Shown: piece by piece, positions 9,508 through 19,112 of the stretch | Numbering within the stretch: position 1 is the first letter of the stretch | Layout of the letters: each line of letters opens with the position of its first letter | Origin: an uncultured Armatimonadia bacterium | GTDB taxonomy: Bacteria; Armatimonadota; Zipacnadia; Zipacnadales; UBA11051 | DNA length: 64,000 nt | Assembly: GCA_964622325.1 (NCBI GenBank) | Contig: CAZUOJ010000001.1 | Span: 65,399-129,398, forward strand | Reading direction: 5' to 3' | Notes under the pieces: model-generated | What the model saw: the letters and a program-made list of their open reading frames with translations, nothing else | The model's database searches: none | Told to the model about the DNA's origin: nothing | Program-made: the position numbers and the translations under genes

Positions 9508-9574
9508 AAATTTTCCCATCTTAAATACATTTAATAGCCTGTTATGGCTTTACGACTGATGACGGAGCAGGAAA

Positions 9575-11302
9575 GTGCTTGTGGCTCTTTCCATTAAAAG
9601 TTTTGCCTTAATAGATGAGCTCACAGTTTCCTTTTATCCCGGCTTTTCAGTGCTCACAGGAGAAACGGGCGCCGGCAAATCCATCCTTGTGGATGCGCTT
9701 AGCACTGCATTGGGGGAGCGTGTTTCCAGCGAAGTAATCCGCAGTGGGACGCAGATGGCCACAATAGATGCTGTCTTTTCATTAGAAGATTGTCCCGCGG
9801 CCCGACAGGCTGCGCAAGACGCTGGGCTGGATGTAGATGCAGATAATCTCCTCATTTTGTCCCGACAAATAGCGGCAGGCCGCAGTCAATGTCGAATCAA
9901 TGGGCGTCCCGTCACATTAAGCCTCCTGCAAAATATCAGTCGCCATCTTGTGGATATTCATGGCCAACACGAGCATCAAGCCTTGATTCATCCAGAGAAT
10001 CATCTGGAATTTCTGGACAATTATGGCGGCCCGGCCCATTTAGCAATGCGGCGTGAATATGAACAATTTTATAATGCCTTCATAAGCGTGCAGCGGCAGC
10101 TTGCCACGCTGCGCCAGCAAGCCCGCGAACGAGCACAACGGCTGGATATGTTGCGCTTTCAAATTCAGGAAATCAAAGAGGCACAATTACAGCCTGGAGA
10201 AGAAGAGGAATTGTTAGCCGAACGCCAGCGCCTTCTTAGTATAGAGCAGCTGCGCGAACGAACAGAAGAAGCTTTGGCTTCTCTGGGCGGCACAGAAGAA
10301 TTGCCTGGCGCTGTCACATTGCTAGCCCAGGCCGCGTCCCAGCTACGGCGTCTGGCCGAAATAGATTCCTCTCTTGGCGCTACAGCCGAAGAAATGGAAA
10401 CAGCTGCGACAATAGCCGCTGAAGCCGAACACGTATTGCATGAATATCGAAACAATCTGGATGTCAATCCACAGTGTTTAGAGGAAATTGAACAACGCTT
10501 GGCACTTTTGGCGCGCCTAAAACGGAAATATGGCGACACAATCGCAGATGTGTTATGCTATCTGAAGCGGGCGGAGGAAGAGCTAGCGACAATTGAAAAC
10601 TTTGAGGCACAGGAAGAGGCGTTGTTAAAGGAGCGAGCGCAAGCTGCTGCCCTAGCGTTACAAGCGGGCAAAAAGCTTTCGGAGGCGCGGCATAAATTAG
10701 CCCAAAAGTTGTCGCACGATGTTGTGGATATTTTACAGACATTGGGGATGCCGGCCGCCCAATTCGATGTGGCTTTTGTGCCGCCTGCGGATGCTATAAG
10801 CTTGCCCGATGGATCTGAGTCCGTAGCCTTAGGGGCTCGCGGATTTGAAGAAGCGCAATTTATGTTTTGTGCGAATGAAGGCGAAGAATTGCGTCCCCTG
10901 GCTAAAATTGCTTCCGGCGGCGAATTATCCCGCATCATGCTGGCGTTTAAATCCCTTTGCTCCAAGCGAGGGGAAATTCCCACAATTATTTTTGATGAAA
11001 TTGATGCGGGCATAGGAGGCCATGTTGCGCATCGCGTGGCGGAAAAGCTGGCCGATCTGGCGCAACAAGCGCAAGTGCTGTGCGTCACACATCTGCCCCA
11101 GATTGCTGGCCTAGCGGATCATCATTTGCAAGTCAGCAAAACTGTCCACAAGGGCCGTACAATTATAAAAGTCAAAGAATTAAGCGCCGAGGAACGGATT
11201 GATGAATTGATAAGGATGTTTGGCGCGGACGCACATGATGAGGCAGCTCGGCTGCACGCGCGCCAGCTCTTGCAACAAGCTGCTGCCCGCCGGGCAAGCT
11301 AA
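9575..11302 (+). CDS. recN: DNA repair protein RecN
   Basis: It has a GTG start. The N-terminus carries a Walker A (LSIKSFALIDELTVSFYPGFSVLTGETGAGKSILVDAL). A long coiled-coil follows, and the C-terminus has signature/Walker B elements (…IIFDEIDAGIGG…). Confidence 0.9.
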   Translation: MLVALSIKSFALIDELTVSFYPGFSVLTGETGAGKSILVDALSTALGERVSSEVIRSGTQMATIDAVFSLEDCPAARQAAQDAGLDVDADNLLILSRQIAAGRSQCRINGRPVTLSLLQNISRHLVDIHGQHEHQALIHPENHLEFLDNYGGPAHLAMRREYEQFYNAFISVQRQLATLRQQARERAQRLDMLRFQIQEIKEAQLQPGEEEELLAERQRLLSIEQLRERTEEALASLGGTEELPGAVTLLAQAASQLRRLAEIDSSLGATAEEMETAATIAAEAEHVLHEYRNNLDVNPQCLEEIEQRLALLARLKRKYGDTIADVLCYLKRAEEELATIENFEAQEEALLKERAQAAALALQAGKKLSEARHKLAQKLSHDVVDILQTLGMPAAQFDVAFVPPADAISLPDGSESVALGARGFEEAQFMFCANEGEELRPLAKIASGGELSRIMLAFKSLCSKRGEIPTIIFDEIDAGIGGHVAHRVAEKLADLAQQAQVLCVTHLPQIAGLADHHLQVSKTVHKGRTIIKVKELSAEERIDELIRMFGADAHDEAARLHARQLLQQAAARRAS

Positions 11303-11370
11303 CAAGACGCTGCTTTCCTCAATCTTAAATGAGGGCAGAGGCAACAGGATAAGAAATCAGGAAGGGAAAC

Positions 11371-11628
11371 ATGATTAAGTTAGTGATACAAAAAGAACGA
11401 TGCAAGGCTTGTGGCCTTTGTATTGTTTTTTGCCCCCAAAAGCTGTTAGAGTTGTCTGAGGAGCTGAATGAAGCCGGCTATCGCCCTGTGAAACAAAATC
11501 ATCCCGAAAAATGTACAGGCTGTGGAATTTGTGCCGTGATGTGCCCGGATATTTGTTTTTCCATATATCGGATAAGGGAGAAGGCAGAGGCCGGACAGGC
11601 TGAGGCCCAAAAGGAGGCCGCGCCATGA
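11371..11628 (+). CDS. 2-oxoacid:ferredoxin oxidoreductase delta subunit (2x[4Fe-4S] ferredoxin)
   Basis: It has two CxxCxxCxxxCP motifs (CKACGLCIVFCP and CTGCGICAVMCP). It is 85 aa and immediately precedes the alpha subunit, overlapping it by 4 nt. Confidence 0.75.
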   Translation: MIKLVIQKERCKACGLCIVFCPQKLLELSEELNEAGYRPVKQNHPEKCTGCGICAVMCPDICFSIYRIREKAEAGQAEAQKEAAP

Positions 11629-12683
11629 GCAAAAAAGTCCTCATTTGTGGCAATGAGGCCTGTGCTTGGGGCGCAATTGCCGGCGGCTGTCGCTATTTTT
11701 TTGGCTATCCGATTACGCCGCAAAATCAAATTCCGGAATTTATGGCCGCTCATTTGCCTAAAGTGGGCGGCGTGTATTTGCAGGCGGAAAGCGAAACAGC
11801 TGCCATCAATATGTGTTTTGGAGCCGCTGCAGCCGGCGCCCGTGTTATGACAAGTTCATCTGGCCCGGGCATTGCCCTGATGCAAGAAGGCATTTCCTAT
11901 CTGATTGGCGCTGAATTGCCCTGTGTGATTGTGAATATTGCGCGGGGCGGCCCGGGGCTGGGCAACATTGGCCCGGCGCAAAGCGATTATTTCCTTACGA
12001 CACGAGGCGGGGGACATGGCGATGGGGCTGGATTGAGCTTTGCGCCTTATAGCGTACAAGAGCTACACGACTGGACAGCTAAGGCGTTTGATATTGCTTT
12101 TCGCTATCGTACGCCTGTAACGATTTTAGCTGATGGCATTTTGGGCCAGATGCAAGAGCCGTGCGAGCTCGCGCCCTGGGAAGATAAGCCTATGCCGGAA
12201 TGTGATTGGAATGTGGGCGGCTTGCGCAGCGGCCGTCCCCGCCGGCTCATCAATTCGTTATATGTGGATTTAGATGAGCTGGAGGCTGTCAATCGCCGCA
12301 TTTTTCAGCGTTATGCTGAAGCCGCAGCAAAAGAAGTCGTCTGGCGCGAATATGGCCACGAGGAGCCAGACATTCTCCTGTGTGCTTATGGCATCAGTGC
12401 GCGCGTCTGCGAGACAGTCGTTGATTGGGCAAGCGAAGCAGGCTGTAAGGCCCGTTTGTTTCGGCCCATTAGCCTCGTTCCCTTTCCCGAAGCCCCGTTG
12501 CGGCAATGGGCTGAACGCGTGAAGAAAATTCTGGTCGCTGAAATGTCAATGGGGCAATTTGTGCAGGATGTTCGGCTGGCCGTGGAGGGACGCTGCCCTG
12601 TAGAATTAGTCTCGCGGACGGGGGGAAAATTCTTGACGCCCGAGGAAGTGCTGGAGAAATTATTCGCCTTGATGAAGGATTAA
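11625..12683 (+). CDS. 2-oxoacid (pyruvate/2-oxoglutarate/2-ketoisovalerate):ferredoxin oxidoreductase alpha subunit
   Basis: MSKKVLICGNEACAWGAIAGGCRYFFGYPITPQNQIPEF… is the typical Por/Kor/VorA N-terminus. Confidence 0.85.
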   Translation: MSKKVLICGNEACAWGAIAGGCRYFFGYPITPQNQIPEFMAAHLPKVGGVYLQAESETAAINMCFGAAAAGARVMTSSSGPGIALMQEGISYLIGAELPCVIVNIARGGPGLGNIGPAQSDYFLTTRGGGHGDGAGLSFAPYSVQELHDWTAKAFDIAFRYRTPVTILADGILGQMQEPCELAPWEDKPMPECDWNVGGLRSGRPRRLINSLYVDLDELEAVNRRIFQRYAEAAAKEVVWREYGHEEPDILLCAYGISARVCETVVDWASEAGCKARLFRPISLVPFPEAPLRQWAERVKKILVAEMSMGQFVQDVRLAVEGRCPVELVSRTGGKFLTPEEVLEKLFALMKD

Positions 12684-12686
12684 GCC

Positions 12687-13478
12687 ATGTTGACGCCATC
12701 CACGGAAACAATCTCTCAACAAATCATCTATGAACGGCCACAATGCTTATATGATGTCAAAATGCGTTATTGTCCGGGCTGTACGCATGGCACAGCCCAC
12801 AGACTTGTGGCGGAAGTCATTGACGAATTAGGCATCGGCGAACGAACAATTGTGATCGCGAGTGTGGGCTGTTCTGTGTATGCGTATGAATATTTTAATC
12901 TGGATGCGCTACAGGCAGCTCATGGGCGGGCGCCTGCGGTGGCGACAGGCTTAAAGCGTGTCTGTCCGGACAATATTGTATTCACATATCAGGGGGATGG
13001 CGATCTGGCGGCTATCGGCTTGGGCAATCTCATCCACGCTGCTAGCCGCGCCGAAAATATCACAATCATCTTTATCAACAATGCCGTTTTTGGCATGACA
13101 CAGGGCCAGATGGCGCCCACGACGCTGTTGGGCCAAAAAACAACAACGACGCCTGAGGGGCGCGAGGCGCGGCGCAATGGATTGCCCATGCAAATATGTG
13201 AGCTGTTACAATCCCTGCCCGGCGTGGCTTATCTAGCGCGGGCCACGATGATTGATCCTCCTAATGTGCGGCAAGCGAAGCGCTGCATACGCCGCGCCTT
13301 TGAGACACAAATCGCGGGCCGCGGCTTTTCGCTAGTGGAATTAGTCAGTACATGCCCCACATGGTGGCAGTGCTCCCCCCTGGAAGCCGCGGAATGGCTG
13401 CGCGAACATATGCTTCCTGTATATCCTTTGGGCGTATTTCGGGATTGGCAACATGAGGAGCAGACAAATGCGTCATGA
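12687..13478 (+). CDS. 2-oxoacid:ferredoxin oxidoreductase beta subunit (TPP-binding)
   Basis: YCPGCTHGTAHRLVAEVIDELGI… and GDGDLAAIGLGNLIHAASRAENITIIFINNAVFGMTQGQ match the TPP-binding fold of PorB/KorB. Confidence 0.85.
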   Translation: MLTPSTETISQQIIYERPQCLYDVKMRYCPGCTHGTAHRLVAEVIDELGIGERTIVIASVGCSVYAYEYFNLDALQAAHGRAPAVATGLKRVCPDNIVFTYQGDGDLAAIGLGNLIHAASRAENITIIFINNAVFGMTQGQMAPTTLLGQKTTTTPEGREARRNGLPMQICELLQSLPGVAYLARATMIDPPNVRQAKRCIRRAFETQIAGRGFSLVELVSTCPTWWQCSPLEAAEWLREHMLPVYPLGVFRDWQHEEQTNAS

Positions 13479-14019
13479 AGTGTTTATGGCAGGCACAGGC
13501 GGCCAGGGCGTGCTTTTGATCGGGCAATTGCTCGCCCAGGCGGCCAATGAAGAAAAGCTCCAAGTTTCCTATTTTCCTATTTACAGCCCGGAAGTACGGG
13601 GCGGCTCGACGACATGTACGGTTGTCATTTCCGATGGGGCTGTAGGCAGCCCCATTTCTGGCCGCCCGGCGATGATGCTCCTGATGGATCAATATTCTGT
13701 TGATGCTCATATTGCGCATTTAAAGCCGGGGGGCAGAGCTTTTGTGAATGCGACGCTTGTGCGGCAGATTCCCCGCCAAGACATAACGACATTTGGCATT
13801 CCCGCGCTGGAAAAGGCAATCGCCCTGGGCAATGAGCGCGTAGCCAATATGATTATGCTGGGCGCCTTTGTGGCCCTGACAGATGTTGTGCCCTTAGCTG
13901 CGCTGGAAAAAGCTCTGCCGGATGTGCTCCCCGAAAGGCATCATAAATATCTCCCCTTGAACATCCAGGCATTGCAATCCGGCGCGGAGCTGGCGCAAAA
14001 AATGTTTGTCAAAGCGTAA
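13468..14019 (+). CDS. 2-oxoacid:ferredoxin oxidoreductase gamma subunit
   Basis: MRHEVFMAGTGGQGVLLIGQLLAQAA resembles the PorG/KorC N-terminus (x-I-R-F-A-G-x-G-G-Q-G). Possible starts are 13453, 13468 and 13486; 13468 overlaps the beta-subunit stop by 11 nt. Confidence 0.75.
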   Translation: MRHEVFMAGTGGQGVLLIGQLLAQAANEEKLQVSYFPIYSPEVRGGSTTCTVVISDGAVGSPISGRPAMMLLMDQYSVDAHIAHLKPGGRAFVNATLVRQIPRQDITTFGIPALEKAIALGNERVANMIMLGAFVALTDVVPLAALEKALPDVLPERHHKYLPLNIQALQSGAELAQKMFVKA

Positions 14020-14040
14020 TCCACACACATTGAGGCATGT

Positions 14041-14698
14041 AATGTTAGAGCATTTAGAGGAAATCGCCGAACAATTGCGGGCTTATTTTGATGCTTTAGA
14101 TAAAGCCCGGGAAGAAGCGTATGTTTTGTCCCGACAAGTCATCCGGGCCGCTTCCGTAGCCATTAAGGAAGCGCATCGCCAGCACATTGCCGCAGCATAC
14201 GAACAATTAGCCGAAGCGCGGAAATTGACGGAGCAGATGCTGGCGGCAGTTGCCCAGGCTCCAGAATTGCGTTACGGCGGCTTCATTCATGACGCGGAAA
14301 AGGAATATTGCGAAGCCGCGCTGGTGCTGGCAGCCCTGACACAGGCCCCTTTGCCAGCGCCCGAGGCGCTGGGCGTCAATCCCATGGCCTGGATTAATGG
14401 CCTGGCGGAAATTGTCGGCGAATTGCGCCGTCATGTGCTGGATTTAATTCGGCTGGACAGGCCTTCAGAGGCTGAAGCCTATCTGGAGGCGATGGACAGC
14501 ATTTATCATGTGATTTTGAGCTTTGATTATCCCAACGCAATTTCGCAGGGGCTGCGCAGCCGTTCGGATGCGGCGCGGGGATTAATTGAACGCACACGCG
14601 GCGATTTGACAAATGCCCTGCGCGCCAGCAAATTAGAACAGCGTATGGCGGAGCTGGAAGAAAAATTAGAAAAACAGGCAAAAGCAAAAGAAGCGTAA
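14041..14698 (+). CDS. All-alpha translin-family-like protein (hypothetical)
   Basis: It has a GAGG RBS followed by an ATG at 14041. The N-terminal helices LEEIAEQLRAYFDALDKAREEAYVLSRQVIRAASVAIKEAHRQ and the C-terminal …GLRSRSDAARGLIERTRGDL resemble the translin family (…GLRKRYDGLKYDVKKVEE in human translin). This similarity is recalled, not searched. Confidence 0.4.
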
Positions 14699-14842
14699 TG
14701 CTTCGCCAAGCGGCCAGAAATTTGCTTCTAGCGGCGTCCCCCAAGGCTGTCTTCCCCGCACAGAAAGCGAGCCTCAGCGGCGGGAAACAACAGGCTTAGC
14801 TTTAGAGACGATTTTTCATTTGCGTCTCCGCAATCGTTATGC

Positions 14843-15178
14843 TTACATATCTATTTTGTCGTTGGGCAGATAGGGGCATTTGATAAACACTAGCCGAATA
14901 TCTTGCTGTGTGTCATTGATGATATTGTGGCATTCCGGAGCTTCCAGCCGCATCACATCGCCTGGCTGCAGGCGCAATTCTTGATTATCCGCTTCCATTT
15001 TCGGCGTGCCGGCATGGACATAAAAATGCTCTTCCACTTCCTGATGGCAATGCCGCCCCAATTGCTGCCCGGGCTTGAGGACAATGAGGCCCCATTCAAA
15101 TCTGGGCCCCCGAAACAGATATTTGGGGCCTGAATCGCCAAAGCGAAATTCGCGCTCCTGTTCGTTTATCAATTCCAT
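14843..15178 (-). CDS. Cupin-domain protein
   Basis: It is 111 aa. It has a cupin motif G(X)5HxH(X)3,4E(X)6G-like segment (GQQLGRHCHQEVEEHFYVHAG) and motif 2 (PGDVMRLEAPECHNIIN). Confidence 0.7.
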   Translation of the reverse strand: MELINEQEREFRFGDSGPKYLFRGPRFEWGLIVLKPGQQLGRHCHQEVEEHFYVHAGTPKMEADNQELRLQPGDVMRLEAPECHNIINDTQQDIRLVFIKCPYLPNDKIDM

Positions 15179-15205
15179 CCCGCAGCCCTCCTGTGTGAAA
15201 ATTAA

Positions 15206-16336
15206 TTAAAGCAGTTGCTTCAAAAGCTCATATAAGCTTTCTTCCGTCACAGGCCGTGGATTGTGTTGGCTGGAGCCTGCGCCCGCAGCTACAGAAATAA
15301 TCTGCGCGAAATCTTCTTCCCGCAAGCCCACATTTTTCCAGGAGCCGCTTACGCCTAATTCTTGCGTTAATTGTTCCGCCCATTCCACAAGTGCGGCGCC
15401 ATCTGGCGGCAGGCCTATTCGGGCGGCTAATTCGGCATAACGCTTCTCCGCCGCCGGCAAATTGAAACGCATCACATAGGGCAACAGCCAGCCGCACACG
15501 CGCCCGTGCGCCAAATGATACAGTGCTCCTAAAGGATGGGCCAGCCCATGGACAAGCCCCAGGCGGGCGCTGGCCAGCGCCAGGCCCGCCAGCAGGCTCC
15601 CCAATGCCATATCTTCCCGGGCGGCTGTATCCGAGCCGTCGGCAGCCACGCGCCGAATAGAACGCGCAATTCGCGCTACGGCCTCCGCGGCCCACATATC
15701 GCTCACGACATTCGCGCCTGTTGAAGTGTAGGACTCAATCGCCTGTGTCAGGGCATCTAAGCCAGAATAAATTGTCTGTTCCCGCGGCAGCTCCCATGTC
15801 AATTCCGGATCCACAATGGCCATACACGGCAAGAGTGCCAGGCCGCGAATGCTTGCCTTTTGTTTTTGGGCCGGATCAGAGAGCACAGCATTGGGCGTGA
15901 CTTCCGCCCCTGTTCCGGCTGTAGTGGGCAGAGCGAAAATCGGGACGCCCGGCTTGTTGAGCGTCGCCCCTGTGGAAAAGATATGTGCCACAGACTCTGG
16001 GGCAAACGCCAGCGCGCCCGCGGCTTTGCCGACATCAATAGCGCTGCCTCCGCCCACAGCGATAATGACATCCGCCTGATGGGCATGATAAGCTTGCCGG
16101 GCGCGTTCTACTGTCTCTAAAGAAGGCTCGGGCTCCACATCGGCAAACACGGCCGCCTGCAAGCCCCTGGCCGCCAGCAGACTCACAAAACACGCCGCGC
16201 GCTTTTGACTCACAGCGCTGCGGCCTGTAATCAGTAAAGGGCGTTTTCCCAGAGGCTCCACAAGCTTCCCCAGCTCTAGATGGGCGCCCTGCCCAAAAAT
16301 GATTTCATGGGGCGCTCGCAGCGTAAATTGCGTCAT
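15206..16336 (-). CDS. Iron-containing (group III) alcohol dehydrogenase family protein
   Basis: …AVGGGSAIDVGKA… is the NAD-binding GGGS motif. The His-rich metal site is present (…LVHGLAHPLGALYHLAHGRVCG…). Length is 376 aa. Confidence 0.8.
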   Translation of the reverse strand: MTQFTLRAPHEIIFGQGAHLELGKLVEPLGKRPLLITGRSAVSQKRAACFVSLLAARGLQAAVFADVEPEPSLETVERARQAYHAHQADVIIAVGGGSAIDVGKAAGALAFAPESVAHIFSTGATLNKPGVPIFALPTTAGTGAEVTPNAVLSDPAQKQKASIRGLALLPCMAIVDPELTWELPREQTIYSGLDALTQAIESYTSTGANVVSDMWAAEAVARIARSIRRVAADGSDTAAREDMALGSLLAGLALASARLGLVHGLAHPLGALYHLAHGRVCGWLLPYVMRFNLPAAEKRYAELAARIGLPPDGAALVEWAEQLTQELGVSGSWKNVGLREEDFAQIISVAAGAGSSQHNPRPVTEESLYELLKQLL

Positions 16337-16468
16337 ACAGCCTCCTGTGCAGGCGTTTTATATTGTTTCTATTTCCCCCATTATATTCCTTTTGGCTTAA
16401 TGGCTTAAAGGAATGGAAATTCTCGCGGCGAAAATAAGCTCATGATCAATTTAACGGAGCGAAACGAA

Positions 16469-17104
16469 ATGCGAACAAAGGCGATTTTAGCAGGAAACGA
16501 AGCCTGGCTTGTGCGGAGTCAGCCCCCGCCGCCTCCATCCACAATGCCGCCATTTGTGCCGCCCTCCTCGCCCGGGATGGCTAGCGCCCCGCCGCCAGGC
16601 AGGCGCCGCTTCCCCTGGCTGTGGCTCATTTTAGGCTGTGGCTGTTTAATTCTGTTGCTTGTGATTGTCGGGGCGATTGTGGGCGTGGGCTATTTTGCGT
16701 TTAAGGAAGCGCCCGAGCGTCTCAAATCCCTGGAAAAAGAAATTCCTCTTCCGCCGGGCCCCAAGACAGACACAAAGCCCGCTCCTGCGCTCCCAACAGC
16801 TCCCAAAGCGGACACGCGCCCCCAGGCTCCCTCCAGCGCGTCCCCGAACGCCACAGCTCCCGCCGCGCCCAAAACAACATCGCCTGCGTCTTCAGGCCCG
16901 CGGCCCTCTAAAAATGCAGCTATACGAGCCGCGTTAAGCTATTGTGAGAAGGGCTGGGTCGCCAAAATTATCCGCCACAATGTGGATTGGACGAAAGTGA
17001 CAGTTGCCGTAGGCCCCCCGGCCTCCGAGTGGGTCGGCGAAATTGATCTGCAATGGCGCGGCAAGGGCTATGTGGCCGTCAAAAAGCGGGCTACAGGCTA
17101 TTAA
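16469..17104 (+). CDS. Proline-rich single-pass membrane protein (hypothetical)
   Basis: It has a cytoplasmic Pro-rich N-terminus (SQPPPPPSTMPPFVPPSSPGMASAPPPG), one TM helix (WLWLILGCGCLILLLVIVGAIVGVGYF), an extracytoplasmic P/A/T-rich linker and a small C-terminal domain. The start is 16442 or 16469. Confidence 0.5.
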   Translation: MRTKAILAGNEAWLVRSQPPPPPSTMPPFVPPSSPGMASAPPPGRRRFPWLWLILGCGCLILLLVIVGAIVGVGYFAFKEAPERLKSLEKEIPLPPGPKTDTKPAPALPTAPKADTRPQAPSSASPNATAPAAPKTTSPASSGPRPSKNAAIRAALSYCEKGWVAKIIRHNVDWTKVTVAVGPPASEWVGEIDLQWRGKGYVAVKKRATGY

Positions 17105-17223
17105 AATGCTTCGGAGCCCTCAGCACACTGTCAAGGCTAGACAGGCATATGGCAATACAATCAGGAACGCCGACAAAGATAGGCTAGAGGAGAAATTGAA
17201 GGCCAAGAAAGTGTACGGGCTAA

Positions 17224-18048
17224 TCAGGCTTCTTGGGCCTGGAGCTGCTGATAAAATTCGTCGCGATAGCTCAGCGGAAAGACGATAGAAGGCACGGACT
17301 GCTGAATATCTTTGCCCGTACGATATTTTTGTTGTGTTAAGGCATTCCGCTCCCGCAATTCCGCATTGGCGTCCAGTTCCCGGCATATATCCAGCAAATC
17401 CGGCGGCATAAAAGGCGGATGAGGCAGCCGGGCAAATAGCTCGCGCACAACTGCTAAATCATCCTGATCATCCACGCAAATACGATATTGCGGCCGATAG
17501 AGGGGGGCAGGCGCCAGAACAGACAACGCGGAAAAGCGCGGATAATGCCGCCGCAGGGCGGGAGTCACATGTTCATGATCGCTGGGACGATTGGCCAGGG
17601 GAACGCTGGCCGCCAGCGCTTTTGTTGTAAAAACTTCGCTTTGCACGCCCAAAGGGAAGACATCCCGAATGCAATTGGCGGCATAATCCACGCCCGCGGC
17701 GAGATGTTGCGCCACAATAAAATCGCTGAGCCAGGGGCACCACATCGGCGAATCGCCCGAAATGCGCACAATCACATCTACTTCAAAATGTTTGGCGCAT
17801 TGCAAATAGCGATCCAGCACATCCTCTTCGCTGCCGCGAAAAACGTCTGCGCCGTATTGGCGGGCGAGCTCTTCGATTAGATCATCGTCGGGATTTACGG
17901 TTGTGGCGACAATAATGCGATCCACAAGCCGGCTGGCTTGAGCGGCTAAAATTGTCCAGCCCAAAAGCGTGTGGCCAGCCAGAGGAACTATAGGTTTGTT
18001 GGGCAGCCGTTGGGCATTCATTCGCGCCTGGATAATGGCGGCAATCAT
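17224..18048 (-). CDS. Cytidylyltransferase-domain protein (SpsF / CMP-sugar synthetase family)
   Basis: MIAAIIQARMNAQRLPNKPIVPL matches the SpsF-type N-terminus (IIQARMGSTRLPGKVLRPL). Confidence 0.65.
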   Translation of the reverse strand: MIAAIIQARMNAQRLPNKPIVPLAGHTLLGWTILAAQASRLVDRIIVATTVNPDDDLIEELARQYGADVFRGSEEDVLDRYLQCAKHFEVDVIVRISGDSPMWCPWLSDFIVAQHLAAGVDYAANCIRDVFPLGVQSEVFTTKALAASVPLANRPSDHEHVTPALRRHYPRFSALSVLAPAPLYRPQYRICVDDQDDLAVVRELFARLPHPPFMPPDLLDICRELDANAELRERNALTQQKYRTGKDIQQSVPSIVFPLSYRDEFYQQLQAQEA

Positions 18049-18101
18049 GAGCGCTCCTAGCAGAAGCAAAAGAAATTAATTTACGCCACGCAAATTGATA
18101 G

Positions 18102-18872
18102 CTAGATTCCGTTCCAGCCAAATATGCGACGTGCATTTTCGGCTGTTTGCCGGGCAATGGCTTCCCAGGATGTGCCACGTGCCTGGGCAACGGCTTCCGC
18201 CACATAACGCAAATACGCCGGCTCATTGCGCTCCCCCCGATGTGGCTGCGGAGGCAGCCACGGACAATCTGTCTCTATAAGCAGCTGCTCCAGCGGCATT
18301 TCCGCCGCAATTTTACGCAGGGCAAAGGCCTTCGGATATGTGATCGGCCCTGCCAGCCCCAGATAAAAGCCCCGCTGGACACATTCGCACGCAAATTCCC
18401 AGCCTCCTGAAAAGCAATGCATAATGATTTTTTGTTCCGCCCGCAGATGCTTATCCAGCAAGGCCAAACATTCGTCTTGCGCCTCTCGGCAATGCACAAT
18501 CAAGGGCAAGGCCAATTCCGCCGCCAGAGCAATGAAAGCAATGAACGCCTCCCGTTGTTTCTCTGGCGGCGACAAATTCCGATAATAATCCAGGCCCGTT
18601 TCGCCAAGGGCCACGACACGATGATGCGCCGCTATCTGGCGGATTTCTTGCAGCACCTCAGGCGTCACATCTTCTGCCTCATGGGGATGCACGCCGACGC
18701 TTGCCCATAAATCCGGCTCTTTTTCCGCTAATTGACAGGCGACGCGGCTAGAAGGCAAATTGTAGCCGACGACAACGCAAGCCTGCAGGCCTTGCAAACG
18801 CGCTCGGCGCAAAACATCCTCCCGGTCGGGCGCAAAGCTAGGATCATTCAGATGGGCATGCGAATCGATCAC
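18102..18872 (-). CDS. tatD: TatD-family metal-dependent hydrolase (DNase)
   Basis: MIDSHAHLND… start, internal …GETGLDYYR…, …HCREAQDE…, …HCFSG… and …ETDCPWL… motifs that define TatD. Confidence 0.85.
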   Translation of the reverse strand: MIDSHAHLNDPSFAPDREDVLRRARLQGLQACVVVGYNLPSSRVACQLAEKEPDLWASVGVHPHEAEDVTPEVLQEIRQIAAHHRVVALGETGLDYYRNLSPPEKQREAFIAFIALAAELALPLIVHCREAQDECLALLDKHLRAEQKIIMHCFSGGWEFACECVQRGFYLGLAGPITYPKAFALRKIAAEMPLEQLLIETDCPWLPPQPHRGERNEPAYLRYVAEAVAQARGTSWEAIARQTAENARRIFGWNGI

Positions 18873-18914
18873 AGCGTTATAAACTTTCTTTATCGCGCGA
18901 AGCTCATTTCGCAG

Positions 18915-19112
18915 CTATGAAGATTGAGAGGGAGTGGAGTCGGATTTAGGCTCCAGCAATTTTATCGCCTCATCCAGCCCCGCCCGCGCCGCAAGCAGCA
19001 ATTCCACGCCTGCCCGGCGCAAATGTTTCACAGACGGACATTGATTGATTTTTCGCTGCATTTCCTGAAGGCGCTGCACACATTCTGTAAAGGGCTTTTG
19101 TGAAAAGCTCAT
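18915..19112 (-). CDS. Small hypothetical protein (65 aa)
   Basis: The ATG at 19112 is preceded by GGAGATTAACG. The translation is MSFSQKPFTECVQRLQEMQRKINQCPSVKHLRRAGVELLLAARAGLDEAIKLLEPKSDSTPSQSS. The longer ORF-track version to 19262 has no RBS support. Confidence 0.35.
   Translation of the reverse strand: MSFSQKPFTECVQRLQEMQRKINQCPSVKHLRRAGVELLLAARAGLDEAIKLLEPKSDSTPSQSS

Noticed and set aside
10165-11088. Antisense ORFs (124, 92 and 176 aa) inside recN
   Set aside because: They are embedded opposite a conserved gene. They have low-complexity Ser/Ala/Arg-rich products and no RBS.
14780-14842. Inverted repeat GAGACG-n12-CGTCTC between the convergent translin-like and cupin genes
   Set aside because: The stem is only 6 bp with a weak flanking T tract. 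It could be a bidirectional terminator, but the support is too weak to call.
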